Shown here piece by piece: positions 48,543 through 61,039 of a stretch of DNA of 64,000 bases. The translations under genes and the position numbers were made by a program. The stretch covers positions 134,852,001-134,916,000 of the forward strand of contig NC_086097.1 of the NCBI RefSeq assembly GCF_963921235.1. The letters are read 5' to 3'. Positions within the stretch are counted from its first letter, which is position 1. Each line of letters opens with the position of its first letter. The notes below the pieces were generated by a model. It was not told the origin of the DNA, did no database searches, and worked only from the letters and a program-made list of their open reading frames with translations. The DNA comes from Mobula hypostoma. Taxonomy: Eukaryota.

Positions 48543-48995
48543 AGGCGGCACACTGGCCGACGTAGTAGAGCTACAGCCTTGCAGTGTCAGACTCCGAGGT
48601 TCGATACCAACCACTGCTGATGTCTGCATGGAGTTTGCACATTCTCCCCGTGACCACCTGGGTTTTCTGTGGGTGACAAGCAAAATTGCTCTTTGGAGGG
48701 GATTGTGCCTGACTTGCTGAGTTCCTCCAGCATTTTGTGTGTGTTGCTCAGGATTTCCAGCATCTTGTGGTTATGATTTTCTATGGGTGATCTGGTTTTC
48801 TTCTAGATCTCAAAAACATGAAGGTGAGCAGTTAATCGGCCACTGTAAATTGCTCTGAGTGTGTAGATGAGTGATATATCTGGAGGGAGGTGATGAGAAC
48901 GTGGGGAGATTAAAAAATCCATTAAAGGTGAAATTGGTTCAAATAGGTGGTTGGTAGTCAGCACTGATTTAATGGGCCAAAGGGCCTGTTTTATG
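48543..48995 (+). mobile_element. V-SINE interrupted by a Penelope pLTR piece (about 48705-48765)
   Basis: tRNA-like head with GGTTCGATACC B box, V-domain GTCTGCATGGAGTTTGCACATTCTCCCCGTGACC, CR1-like tail GGGCCAAAGGGCCTGT. Confidence 0.65.
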
Positions 48996-50679
48996 AATGA
49001 AAAGTTCTTTTGAAAAATTAACTGCAGTATTGTGGAAAACATGGAAATCAAAAATTTTTACTCAACAAGCTCCCACAAAAATCAATGCTATGACAATCAG
49101 ATTAATGGCCTCGGGATGTTGACTGAGTAATAAATGTTTCCCTCTAATGAACACCATTGATGACTTCATTTCTTTGAAAATGTGGAATTATTGGCATCTA
49201 CTTGAAGAGGGCAAAAGGTCCTCAATTTCCCGCCACTGTAAGTTCTCTGCATGACAGTGTGGGTTTCCTCCAGGAGCTCCAGTTTCTTCCCACAGTGCAA
49301 AGATGTACCGATTGATAGGTTAATTGGTCATTGTAAATTGTCCTGTGATTAGGCTAGGCTTAAATCGGGGTTGTTGGGGGGCACAGGTCAAAGTGCCACA
49401 ACGGTCTATTCCATGCTGCATCGCAATAAAAATATAATTAAATAATCTCAAGTGAAATGTGGTCACTCTGACAATGTAAATCCCCTTCATTAATGCACTG
49501 GATTGTTAACTCAGTAGGTTATGGATCGAGACTTCAAAATGATTCAAAAGCAAAAGCACTGACTGGTGAATCACCATCAATGCGTAAAAATGAACAAGTT
49601 AAATATTATCTCGGAATGACTCAACAGCACTTGGATGTCCTGAGTTAATATATCTCTTCATGGTTCGATATCCAAATTTCCATTTTCAAAGATGTTTTCA
49701 TTCCTTCAAAGGATGCCATTTTTTTTCATTTGCAGCCAGGATTCAATTGCTCGTCCCCACCTGAACCTTGAGAAGAGAGTGGTGAGCAGCTTTTATGAAG
49801 CACCGCAGTCCTGGAGGTGTGGGTATACCCACAATGCTGTGAAGGAGTCCATTTCAGGATTCCGAGCCAGCGACAGTGAAGGAACAGTGATACATTTCCA
49901 AGTCAAGGTGGTGTTCAACTTCCAGACAAGGGCTGTTTCACGCTTTTGCTTCTCTTGTGTTTCGAGCTAGTAGAGGTCAGGGTTTGGAAGGTGATGGATG
50001 AGGCATCTTGTTGATTTGCTGCAGTGCATCCTGTAGATGAAGATGACACTATTAATTCCCACCATCATCTCCCTGGTGACCCTGTTCCCCTCATATCAAC
50101 GCATCTCCCCACAGCTGATAATAAGAGTCAGCCCAGCAAAGAGCATCCATACCGACACCATTTGATGTGCCCCTGGCTGGACACAGCCCACACATGATCT
50201 TCCAGGAAGACCTGAGCTATGGTCACAACCCCAGATGAATGCCAGGTGTAGCCTCATTCACGTTGGAGCCAGCACCAGGAGATCTTGGAGGTCACCACAC
50301 TCATACTTCTGGGTGCTGCCAAAGCCTTGGTCACCAAGGGGAGCAGGAGCATGGGTGACGGGGAGGAGAGAGATGAAACACTAAATCATTTGTTTACTGT
50401 GTCTTTAACAACAATAATTTGTTTTTACAAAGCACTGAAGTGAGTAATCCGTTTGTAGATAAGGCAGCTGAAACAAAACTATTTTCATCAGTGATAAGCA
50501 GATTTACAGATTACTTAACATTAGTAAAACGATAAACTTTAATGAGATAAAGTATAGAATGCTGATAGGGCTGCTTGATGGCTCATTCGGAAGGGGTGTG
50601 CCTCCAGGAAAGTTTGGGAAAGATTGAATGGAGAAGCTGGTGCAAGAGGTTTTGGTTGTGGATATTTATACCATAACTT

Positions 50680-51580
50680 CAATGTTCACAGTAAATATAT
50701 TATCGTATATATATGTCACTATATACAACCCTGAGATTCATTTTCTTGTGGGAATACTCAATAAATCTATGGAATAATAATCATAACAGAATCAGTTGAA
50801 GACCAACCAACTAGGACATTCAAGCAGAGTGCAGAAGACAAGAAACTGTGCCAATTCAAAAAGAAGAAATGATAATAATAAATAAATAAGCAATAAATAT
50901 CCAGGGCATATGAAGAGTCCTTGAAAGTGAGTCCATTAGTTGTGGGAACATTCAATGATGGGGCAAGTGAAGCTGAGTGAAGTTGTCCCCTTTGGTTTAA
51001 GAGTCTAATGGTTGAGGAGTAGTATCTGTTCCTGAACCTGGTGGTGTGAGTCCTGAGGCTCTTGTACCTTCTTCCTGATGGCAGCAGTGGAAAGAGAACA
51101 TGTCCTGGGTGGTGGGGATGCCTGATGATGGATGCTGCTTCCTTGTGACAGTGTTTCATGTAGATGTGCTCAGTGGTGGGGAGGACTTTGCCTGTGACGG
51201 ACTGCTCTGCATCCACTACTTTTTGTAGGATTTTCCATTCAAAGGCATTGGTGTTTCCATACCAGGCTGTGATGCAGCCAGTCAGTGTACTCTCCACTAC
51301 ATATCTATAGGTTCGTCAAAGTTTTAGAAGTCATGTCACGTCTTCGCAAACTCCTAAGGAAGTGGAGGCACTGCCATGCTTTCCTCATAATCGCACTTAG
51401 GTGCTGGGCCCAGGACACAGGTTCTCCGAAGTAATAACATCGAGGCACTTAAAGTTGCTGACCCTCTCCACCTCCGGTCCTCTGATGAGGATTGGCTCAT
51501 GGACCTCCAGTTTCTTTCTCTCGATGTCAATAATCGGCTCCTTGGTCTTGCTGACACAGAATAAGAGGTTGTTGTTGATG
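50680..51580 (-). mobile_element. Rex1/Babar 3' fragment
   Basis: VESTLTGCITAWYGN..HPGHVLFPLLPSGRRYKSLRTHTTRFRNRYY. Confidence 0.85.
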
Positions 51581-52904
51581 GACTACAGAACCCCAAAGCC
51601 ACCCCTACTCCCCTCCCCGCCACGCACAAGCAGCAGCAAAGCATTGACTCTCTCCCTCTCCAGTTAATTCAGCAAAAAGGAGCAGCACCCTCTACCCACC
51701 AAGCAAGCAATAGCAAAGTCCCCAAGAGACACCATGACCTGCAGTACAAGACTAATCGTTCAGCTGACAATTCGACATACCACAGGCTCTCTCTCTCCCC
51801 CTAATAAAGGGGCAGAGAGGTATCACTCAGTGGAGGGTGAGATATTGACAAAACAACTCGCTGACTTATAGCTTTGAAGTCTGCCGCGTTGTGTTTTTCC
51901 CCCCCGAGTGCTCTGACTTGAGAATCAGCAACAAACTCTCCCCATCAACAAGAGAGAGAAAGGGTGATCCAGGTACAGAGCCCTCCAATGTCCTGTTCTG
52001 TTTTCTCCTGCGACACCTCATTCAGCAGCACCGGCATAGAATCGGCTCATCCCCAGGGCTGCGAATCCTCAGAACCCCGAGGGCACGCTCGTCTTCTAGG
52101 CTGCGCTCTTGGGATACCGGCCAGAGAGCTCCTGTTCTCATTTTTCTCTCTCCTATTCTCTTTCAGCAGTTCATGATAGTTGAGTACTCAGTCTTACACC
52201 CTAGAAAAGGAGGATATGCAACAATAAATGCTCTAGTTAAATGCCAGGAATAGACTGAGATGAAGTAATAACTTTCAACAATTGGATTCTTGACCTGAAT
52301 TCCAGCAGGCCATGTACTGAAAGAAGATTCACCCCTACCATATTATCAGCTAATAAAGTAACTTGTGGTATCTGAGTCAACAAAATCTGATTAGTGTGTT
52401 AGACACTGCACGGTACAAAAGCATAAAGCAAGCTTTACAACCAAATTACAGAAAAGCTCTCACAGAAGTGTTTACCAAACAGCATGAGCATTCTGGTGCA
52501 ACAAAAATGAGTTGTCCAGGTTGCTTGTGATCAGTGGTTGTGAACCCATGGACCTTTTCCAGAATGTAACGCGTCCTTGGCATTTTTTTTTTGATGACAC
52601 CCATGTAGTCTTGTTTAAACTTGGACGTCCAGTCACGTAACAACGTCTGCACTGTGTATAATCTGTGCTGTATAAAAAGATGTTATGCACGGTAGAAGAT
52701 GCAAGAGATCATTTACAAGGATGTTGATGAAAGGAGGTGTCCAGGATGTAAAGTTAGGCCACAAGTGGGCAACCAGATTATAATGCCTCCTCCCGTTCCT
52801 ATGCTTGTTAAGGAGTAATGAGCCTGTAGAACTTCTCCCCGGTTACGAGAGTATAAAGATATGCTACTGTATGGTGGTATGGAGGTTAAGTTACTGTACT
52901 AGTC

Positions 52905-53765
52905 CATAAGACAATGGAGCAGAATTAGGCCATTCAGCCCATCAAACCTTCTCAGCCATTTTCCCTCTCAACCCCATTCTCCAGCCTTCTGCCTGTAACC
53001 TTGCAGCCACCCTTACAATTAGAAACCTATCAACCTCCACTTTAAATATACCCAATGACTTGGCCTCCACAGCCATCTGTGGCATTGAATTCCACAGATT
53101 CACCAGCCTCTGGCAAGAGAAATTCACCACACCTCTGTTCTAAAGGGATAAATTTATATTCTGAGGCTCTGCCCTCTGGTCCTAGACTCACCAGCTATTG
53201 AAAACACCCTCTCTATATCTACTCTGGGCCTTTCAATATTTAATAGGTTTCAATGAGATCCCTCCTTATTCTTATAAACAAAAGCCAAGTATAGGACCAG
53301 AGCCATCAAATACTCCTCATATGTTAACCCTTTCATTTTCAGGATCATTCTCATAAACTTCCTCTGGACCCTCTCTAATGTCAGCACATTCTTTCTTAGA
53401 TAAAGGGTCCAAAACTGCTCACAATACTCCAAGTGTAGTTTGACCAATGCCTGATAAAGCCTCATCATTAGATTGTTGCTGTTATATTCCAGTCCTGTCA
53501 AAAGGAATACTGATGTTGCATTTGCCTTCCTCACTACCGCAGGGTAACCTGCCAGGAATCGCTAAGTACCTTTGCACCTCCATTTTCTGAATCAACTCCC
53601 TGTTTAGAAAATAGCCTATCCCTTTATTTCTTCTACCGAACTGCAGCTCCAAACTCTTCCCTACACCGAATTCTATCTGCCACTTCTTCGCCCGTTCTCC
53701 TAATCTGTCCAAGTTCTTCTGCAGACTCTCTACATCCTTAAAGCTGCCTGCCCCTTCGCTTATCT
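52905..53765 (-). mobile_element. CR1 3' fragment
   Basis: LDRLGERAKKWQIEF, LYQALVKLHLEYCEQFW, RLVNLWNSMPQ. Confidence 0.85.
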
Positions 53766-54294
53766 TTGATCAAATCCACCATGGGAGCTGTGGAAGTTTA
53801 AATTCAAGTAATTAAGTAAACATGGGATCTAAAATAAAGCTGATCTGAGCCAGTTTCAATGATAACCATGAAATTTTGCTGTGAAAACCGAGGAGGAAAC
53901 CTGTTTCCTCAACAGATTTGGCCTCTGTGTGACTGCAAATTCACCAAAGTAGTTTTCCCTTAGCTGCCTCCAGAAATGCATATTAAATACACAGGTGTCG
54001 GCATCTCACAAAGATATATATCTAAAAAAAAACTAAGAGCTATTTATGATTAGAAGATTCTTATGACAGATATAAGGGGGATACTTTATCTTGTGGAGAA
54101 ACTTATTCACTATTAAGATGAAAAACAACCCTTTCCTCCTAAGTAGGTGGAGACAAAAGTAAAGCCTGCTTCCAGAGAGAGCATTTACAAGGATAAAAGC
54201 ATGAGAGAGGTTGTAATCCATCTGTCTGCTTCCCTGAGTGATGTTTAAATGCTGGATAATCAGACATAATGTGTAGAGTTAGCTCAACCACTTC

Positions 54295-54715
54295 AGAATC
54301 AAAACCCAAACCAAGTTTATTATCACTGACATATGTGACATGAAATTCGTAGCTTTGCAGCAGAAGTACATTACAAAGACAGAATTATCATAAATTACAG
54401 AAGTAAATAAATAATGTTAAACAAAAGGAATAAGAAGATAGTGTTCATGGATTTAAGGACATTCAGAAATCTGATGGTGGAGGGGAAGGAGCTTTCCCTG
54501 AATCTCTGAGTGTGGGTCTTCAGGCTCCTGTATCTTCTCCCCCAATGATAATATTGAGAAAAGGGCATGTTCCGGATGCTGCTGCATTCTTGAGACACCA
54601 ACTCCTGAAAATGTCCTTCGTGGTGGGGAGGGTCATGCCCGAGATGGAGCTGGCTGAGTTGATAACTCTCTGTGGCCTCTTGTGATCCTATGAAATGGAA
54701 CCTCCTTCCACACCA
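54295..54715 (-). mobile_element. Rex1/Babar 3' fragment
   Basis: GRRYRSLKTHTQRFRESSFPSTIRFLN plus tail. Confidence 0.75.
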
Positions 54716-55564
54716 CATGGTCTGATGAATGAGACATTGTGTTCCCTTTTATGCAATTTTGTGCACCAATAAGGGTTACAGTATGATAAGTACAAAGGAA
54801 TATAATTAAGCTGACTTATATTGTTCTCATTTATCCTTGCAATATGCTGATAGGGTGCAACGGAATTTGATTGGGAGGGAGGAAATTTGTATAGGATTGA
54901 GCTTGTGATTTAATAAGAACATGAACCTAAATGGACCTTAAGCAGGAACAAAAAGAATCATAGAGTGTTGGTGCTTTTTAGCTGATTGGTCTTACCACCC
55001 ACCTCGGAAAACACAAAGTGAAATGGAAGCAAGTCATTCTCCAACCCAAGAGACTGCCTAAGAAGTCAAAGACATCTCTTGGTCCAATAGGGACTTGGAG
55101 GGATTAGGAAGATTAAACCAAGCCAGAATTTGACTGAAAGGAGACGGGAGAGAGTGTTCCAAGTTTTTTCTTTGTTGGGATAAGATTTTGAATGATTTGT
55201 AGTCATTAGTCATCTTTGATCCTCAGCTGTTGAAGTATGCATTTACATTATGATGTACAATTCTTTACATCTGTAGGGGACAACAACAAATTATACTTAA
55301 CGTAGCAAACCAACCCAAGATACTTCTTGTAGTGGGCTTCTCGGGTATTAAATTAAAACCCAATCCAAACCTATCCTGACCATGACCTTTGTTCTCTTCA
55401 TTCCTCCTGCTCTCTGCAAATTAATCACATTAATTTTCAGAGCTAACAAAAGTCTTAAAAACTGATAAAACTCTACTTCTTGCTCCAGAAATGCTGCCTG
55501 ACAGTCCAGTAATGCCCATTTTTATTGCAGATTTTCATCGTCCACATTTTCTTGCTTTCCAGTC

Positions 55565-55800
55565 ATAGCTAACCCAAACCTAGCATGACTATGGGCAATC
55601 TCAATCCAGCTTTGACCGACCACAGCCAATCCAAATCCAACCAGACCATGACTAATCTGAACTCTACCTAAGTGAGGCCAAACCAAATACAACCTTAGCC
55701 TACCAAGGCCAATCAGAACCCAACACAACTATGGCCAATTTGAAACTAGTTTGGCCATGTCCAATCTGAAGCTGATGACCACATCAAGCCGAACCCAATT
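55565..55800. repeat. Degenerate ~25-30 bp tandem repeat
   Basis: Recurring GGCCAAT(C)..AACC..ACCAT-like units; the pattern resumes at about 56245-56310. Confidence 0.45.
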
Positions 55801-55804
55801 TCAG

Positions 55805-56245
55805 TCAAAAGACAAACTATTGGAGTAACTCACTGTGTCAGGCTGCATCTGTAGAGGGAAAGAGGCTGTCAATGTTTTGGGTTGAGACCTTTCATCGGGA
55901 CTGAAACAATTGAGGGTAAATAGCCATTATAGAAATGTGAGGCTATCTCCTCTCTCCTCTTTACTCCTTCAGTCTAGATCATTCAAATTCATTGCTTTCA
56001 TGTTCATATATATACAGTATAACTACCCAATGAAAATTTGCTTTTTGCAGCAGTAGCACAGCATATTCTAAGATGAAGACACACATAAGTTAACATAAAC
56101 TTAATTAACATAAATTATATGAAAGATCTCGACCCAAAATCTCAACAGTCCATTTCCCTCCCCAGTTGCCCTCTGAGCAGTTGAGTTCCTCCAGCAACTC
56201 TCTTTTTTGTTTCAAATTTCAGCATCTGAAGTTTCTCGTGTCTCC
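55805..56245. mobile_element. Old inverted Penelope pLTR pair with a later insertion (about 55980-56118)
   Basis: Left arm ..GAGACCTTTCATCGGGACTG; right arm GAAAGATCTCGACCCAAAA..GAGTTCCTCCAGCA..CAGCATCTGAAG, in opposite orientations. Confidence 0.6.
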
Positions 56246-56910
56246 AAGGCCAACCAAAACTAACCATGGCAAATCCCTCCCACCTTAACTACAGTCAATC
56301 CAAAGTTGACCCAAGCTCAAGGACATAATTTTTAGCACACCCAACCTGATCACCACACTAAACATAGCAATCTGTTTTTCATGTGAAGTCATCCCAACAA
56401 AGTCAGAGATAATATGGAAAAGACTCACAATTGCTGAATTTTATTGATAAAGTACTGGGCCATTTATACCAATTCAACTTACGTCCTGTTAGAATATACT
56501 ATATACCCTGCCCAACCTGAATCTAACACATGTAGTTGAATCCTGCTTGGCTCACGTTGGGCCTGGTGGTTCAGCTCTACTTTCTGGTACCACCAGTTTA
56601 ACACATTAAGAAAATGAGGCCAGTGGGCCAGAAGCTTAACAGAAGAACCCTGCGAATTTTACCTCCCAGACAGTATCAATAAATGAGCCACCACCTTACA
56701 CATTTACAGCATGGAAACAAGCCTTTCAGTCTGTCCTGCTGCCTATGTGGCCAGAGGCAGCACTGCTTCTGAGGTGGAACCAAATAGGAGTGGATTAGGA
56801 TTCTGGGAAAGCTTTGGATAAATGAGTGTAGTTCCCTATCCCTTTCTCATCGTTATCATATAAACCCTGGTGCACTTAAGGACGTCATTAACTGATGTTT
56901 TACTTTGCAG

Positions 56911-56986
56911 ACAAGTGCTCAATACCACGTGCACTTCAGCGAAGAAGAAGATGCCAAGAGGATCAGAAAGGCATGCAAAGGAGTAG
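56911..56986 (+). CDS. ANXA13: Annexin A13 exon 2 (TSAQYHVHFSEEEDAKRIRKACKGV-G)
   Basis: Branch-like ACTGAT, TTTTACTTTGCAG acceptor, GTATGC donor, 76 nt, phase 0 start joins exon 1. DAKRIRKACKGVG is the start of annexin repeat 1 (ANXA13 DAKKLNKACKGMG as recalled). ANXA13 neighbours FAM91A1 in human. Confidence 0.88.
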
Positions 56987-58459
56987 GTATGCTGGGGTTG
57001 TTGGGTGGCCAAAGAATTGGGGGGGGGGCGGTGTTTGTGGGGAGGTGGTGTGAGGGGTCATATGAGAGGAAAGACTACAGGGAAATAAGTGGACAAGCAT
57101 GATTGATGTGATTGCTCTGAGACCCAACATGACTGAAAGGGGCAAATAGCCATCGTCTAAGGAAGTATGACAATATGACATTTATAGAGATGGCATTCCT
57201 TGATATCAGGACTTCCCAAAGTATTTTACAGTTCAAAAAATTTAAAGTGTTTTTTAAAAAATTTATTTCCTTCTTACATCTTATCAGTCTGCCTACCTTG
57301 GGCTTTAACACCACAGAGCTGCCTGTGGACACCGCGGTCCTGTCTCTGACAAATTACAAACAGGCCACACTAGTGTATTACCTGAAGGAATGTGAATTGA
57401 CTTTGGTTCTGTGTTTTCCACTACCAGGAGGTTCAGGAACCAAAATTGACAGAGGAGGCAAAGGAATATATTTGTGAATTTGCAGCCGTTTTGACCAGAG
57501 GATGGTCAGTATATGGAATGAACTGTTCGAGAAAGTGGTTGAGGAAGGCACATTGACAATCTTTAAAAGGTACCTGGACAGGTACATGGATTGGAAAAGT
57601 TTAGAGGGAATGGGCCAAACCTGGGCAAATGAGATTATCTTAAATGGTAATCTTGGTCAGCATGAACTAGTCAGGCTGAAGGGCCCATTTCCATTCTATT
57701 TGATTCTATGACTTGATGACTATTAAATAGAGGCTAACAGAGTGACTCTGAGACACTCTTCCTCAGCTTGTGTCCTAAGACAACAAGCAGTGGTGTGCTT
57801 CAAACCCAGCTGGACATGATAAAGGATACTCAATAACAGTTCCTGACTGACAATAACACACATACTCTGTAGCCATCGGATGGCACCAACCATATCCAGT
57901 ATGTATCGTTAGGTTGCCTAAGACTTTTGGACAGTACTTTAGTAATTTTATGTATTGCATTGAATTGCTGCAGCAAAAAAAAACAAATTTCGTGACATGT
58001 GTGTGTGCTGATGAACCTGATTCTGATATGGGTCTCTATTATATACTGAGAGTGGGAAGGGGGACCCATGCCAACCACGAGGACAACCTATATTAATCCC
58101 ATTACCTCACCATTGGCCCAGCCCCTCTAGTAATTTCCTATCCAAGTATCCATCGAAATGCAAGAGTATTTGCTCCTTTGTTTGTCTTTCTGATCCTTTT
58201 GGCAACTTCCTACTCTCAGAAGTGCACTTAGTACCGAGCATTTGTCCAAAAATCAAAACATCAGTGACTAAGTTTTATAAGTACACCACACTTAAATGTC
58301 CAGAGCCATGCTGCCAGAGTCCTAATTCGCCCATGTCTGGTCCACCTCAGTAGCAGTGCTGCCTCTGGGCATATAGGGTACATAGGTACAATAAGAAGCA
58401 CACAAATGATGGGCTGAACAGCCTGCTTCCACTACAGCAAACCACTCCAGAGGACGTAG

Positions 58460-58840
58460 TGGAAACAGGCCGTTCAGCCCATCATTTGCATGCTGCTCAT
58501 TGATGTTCATCATTGCCTTACTCCTCAGACCTCCTTCAAATTTCTCCCCTCTGATCTTAAACCTATGTCCTCTTGTTCTAGACCCCTCTGCTCTGGGAAA
58601 AGACTTTACCCATCTGTCCTATCCATGTGCCTCATAGTTTTGTAAACCTGATGAGGTTATCCCTCGACCCCCTACATTTCAGTGAGTAAAAGCCCTGCCT
58701 ATCCAATCTCTCCTTACAACTTTAGCCCTCCATCCCAGGCTACAGCCTGGTGAATCTCTTCTGCACTCTCTCTAACACGACCATATCCTTCCTGTGCTGA
58801 TCAGAACTGTACACAATACTGTAGCTGCAATCCAACCAAT
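58460..58840 (-). mobile_element. CR1 3' fragment
   Basis: Reverse-complement CR1 3' UTR and ORF2 end (ACAGGCCGTTCAGCCCA..; CTCTTCTGCACTCTCTC). Confidence 0.7.
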
Positions 58841-59879
58841 TTATTGGTATTGGTTTATTATTGTTACATGTACTGAGATACAGTGGAAAAACTTCACATG
58901 CCATCAATACAGATCATTCCAAAATTTCAGTTCTTTGAAGTAGTATAAGAGAAAGACATTAACAGAACGCAGAATATGGTGTTACAGTTACAAAGAAAAT
59001 GTAGAGCTGCTGACTAATAAAATGCAAGAACAATGGCAAAGAAAAGCAGGATCAAAAGTTCATCTTTAACATAAAAGAAGTCCATTCAAGAGCCTTATAA
59101 CAGCAGGATAGAAGCTGTCCTTGAGCCTGGTAGTGTGTTTTCAAGCTTTTTTATCTTCTGCTAGGGAACTTCCAGTTTAAGATGGAGCTACTGAAGATGG
59201 CAACAGCTTAATAATGGTTCAAAAAGCAAGAAGTACAACTAAATGCTTTATTCATAATACCTTTTCAGTGTTCCAGCTGTTCTAGCTGCTACCATCTGGG
59301 AATCGGTACCGCAGCATAAACAGGTTCCAGGATATCTTCTTCTACCAGGCCATCAGACTGATTAATTCACACTGATACAATTGTATTTCTATATTATATT
59401 GACTATCCTGTTGTACATATTATTTATTACAAATTACTGTAAATTGCACATTGCACATTTAGACAAGTTTAGACAAAGACATAACATAAAAGATTTTTAA
59501 TCCTTATGTATATGAAGGGTGTAAGTAATAAAGTCATTTTAATGCAATTTTTCTGTGGAAAATAGTGATAAACGATCACTGCAAACAATGAAGAGATGAG
59601 AGAAGGCAAGGCTGACTCGAGGGTCGAAACGTGCGATGCAATATTGGAGCGAGGTCGAGATGGACTTGAATGTGCGAAGCGGAAGAATTTAGGAGGAGCC
59701 CATCCACCTAAACTGCGAGTGAGGTTTGATCAACCTAAGGGCAGGGCCGATTTGGAAAGACCGGGTACGGGCTGGAAAGTGGCGGCGCGGTACAGGCCCA
59801 GAGAATACCGGGTCTTAGAGCATGGAATGACCCATGTTTGGACAATTTAAACACCAGGCCAGATGAATTGAACCTCCAA

Positions 59880-60285
59880 GAGGACCACAACCTTGTCAAA
59901 GTGTTTGGGGGCTTGCCTACCCCAGTGACCCAGAAAGCTGTGTTGGCTGGAGTCAGGGCTTTATGCTTTGGCTCTTGGTGGGGTCACCCAGGCCAAACAG
60001 GTCAAAGGGTAGAGGGCAGACTAAGAGTGGTTCACCAGAAATCTAGGTTCGGGGGTTCAGCTCAGGGCTAACACCCCTGACAAGTAAAACAAAATTGTTA
60101 CAGAAACAGCGATGAAGAATCCCTCTACATCTGAGTGCGATAGAATTCCTGTGTCTCCGCCTGGAAGTTGCATGACTGACAGCAGTGGAGATTGAGCAAC
60201 CGACACAATGAAGGAAGCCCTGAATTATGCCAGAGATGGAGGACCTTCATTACTGCCGTAAATGCCAGCAGCGTAATGGGCAGTG
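59880..60285 (+). mobile_element. Bipartite RTE-derived element (5' UTR joined to 3' tail)
   Basis: RTE/Expander-type 5' motif CCTTGTC..GGGGGCTTGC..GACCCAGAAAGCT..GGGTCACCCAGGCCAAACAGGTC, followed within about 250 nt by RTE 3' end AGAGATGGAGGACCTTCATTACTGCC, which matches the minus-strand end near 46620-46650. Confidence 0.6.
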
Positions 60286-60714
60286 GAGAGAGATGGATTG
60301 AAAAGGCAGGGTGTTGGGACCAGAGGCAAGTGTCAGGCTGGTTCTTCTCGCTGCTCCACAATATTTACTCTGCTCTTCGCTGCACTGAGGCTGAGGCTGA
60401 GGCCTACTCAGGCTGCAAGCTCCACTGTGTGATGAACTGAGGCTGAGGGTGTCGGCCTGCTCCAGGCTGCTCCAGCTTCATGTCTATGGACTCACTTTCA
60501 TTCTGAATGCTTGCTTTTATTGTTAACATGATTTGTGTTTTTTTCTCTCTCACTGCGTATTGGATGTTTGTTGGTCTCTTTTTAATGGGTTCTTTTGGGT
60601 TTATTGTTTCGTGGCTGCCTGTAAGGAGACGATAATTTATACATTGTTTGGTAATAATGGTGCTTTGAACTTTGAACCTTGAACTTTGATTAGGTTGGCT
60701 GCTTTCCACTGGGT

Positions 60715-61010
60715 CTTTTCCTCAGGGTTGGGAAATCAAGAACCTGAGGGTATGGGTTTAAGGTGAGAGGACAGAGATTTAAAAGGAACTTGAGAGCAAC
60801 GTTTTCACCCAGTGAGTGGTCAGTATATGGAATGAGCTGCCAGAAGATGTAGTCGAGGTCGGTACATTAACAATATTTGGACAGAGACATGGATAGGAAA
60901 GGTTTAGAAGGATATGGGCTAATTGCGGGCAAGTGGGACTAACTTCAGTGGGACTCTTGGTCAGCATGGACCGGTTGGGCTGAAGGCCCTTTTCCGTGCT
61001 CTGTGACTGT
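60715..61010 (+). mobile_element. CR1 3' end
   Basis: GGTTTAAGGTGAGAGG..TGGAATGAGCTGCC..GGGCTGAAGGCCC. Confidence 0.7.
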
Positions 61011-61039
61011 GTCTCCAAAGTTATTGCTGAATCTGCTTC

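Noticed and set aside
52446..52690. Minus-strand ORFs with CRRCY / CSCC as a transposase cysteine-rich domain
   Set aside because: Too short and the spacing does not convincingly fit a known domain; cannot be supported without a search.
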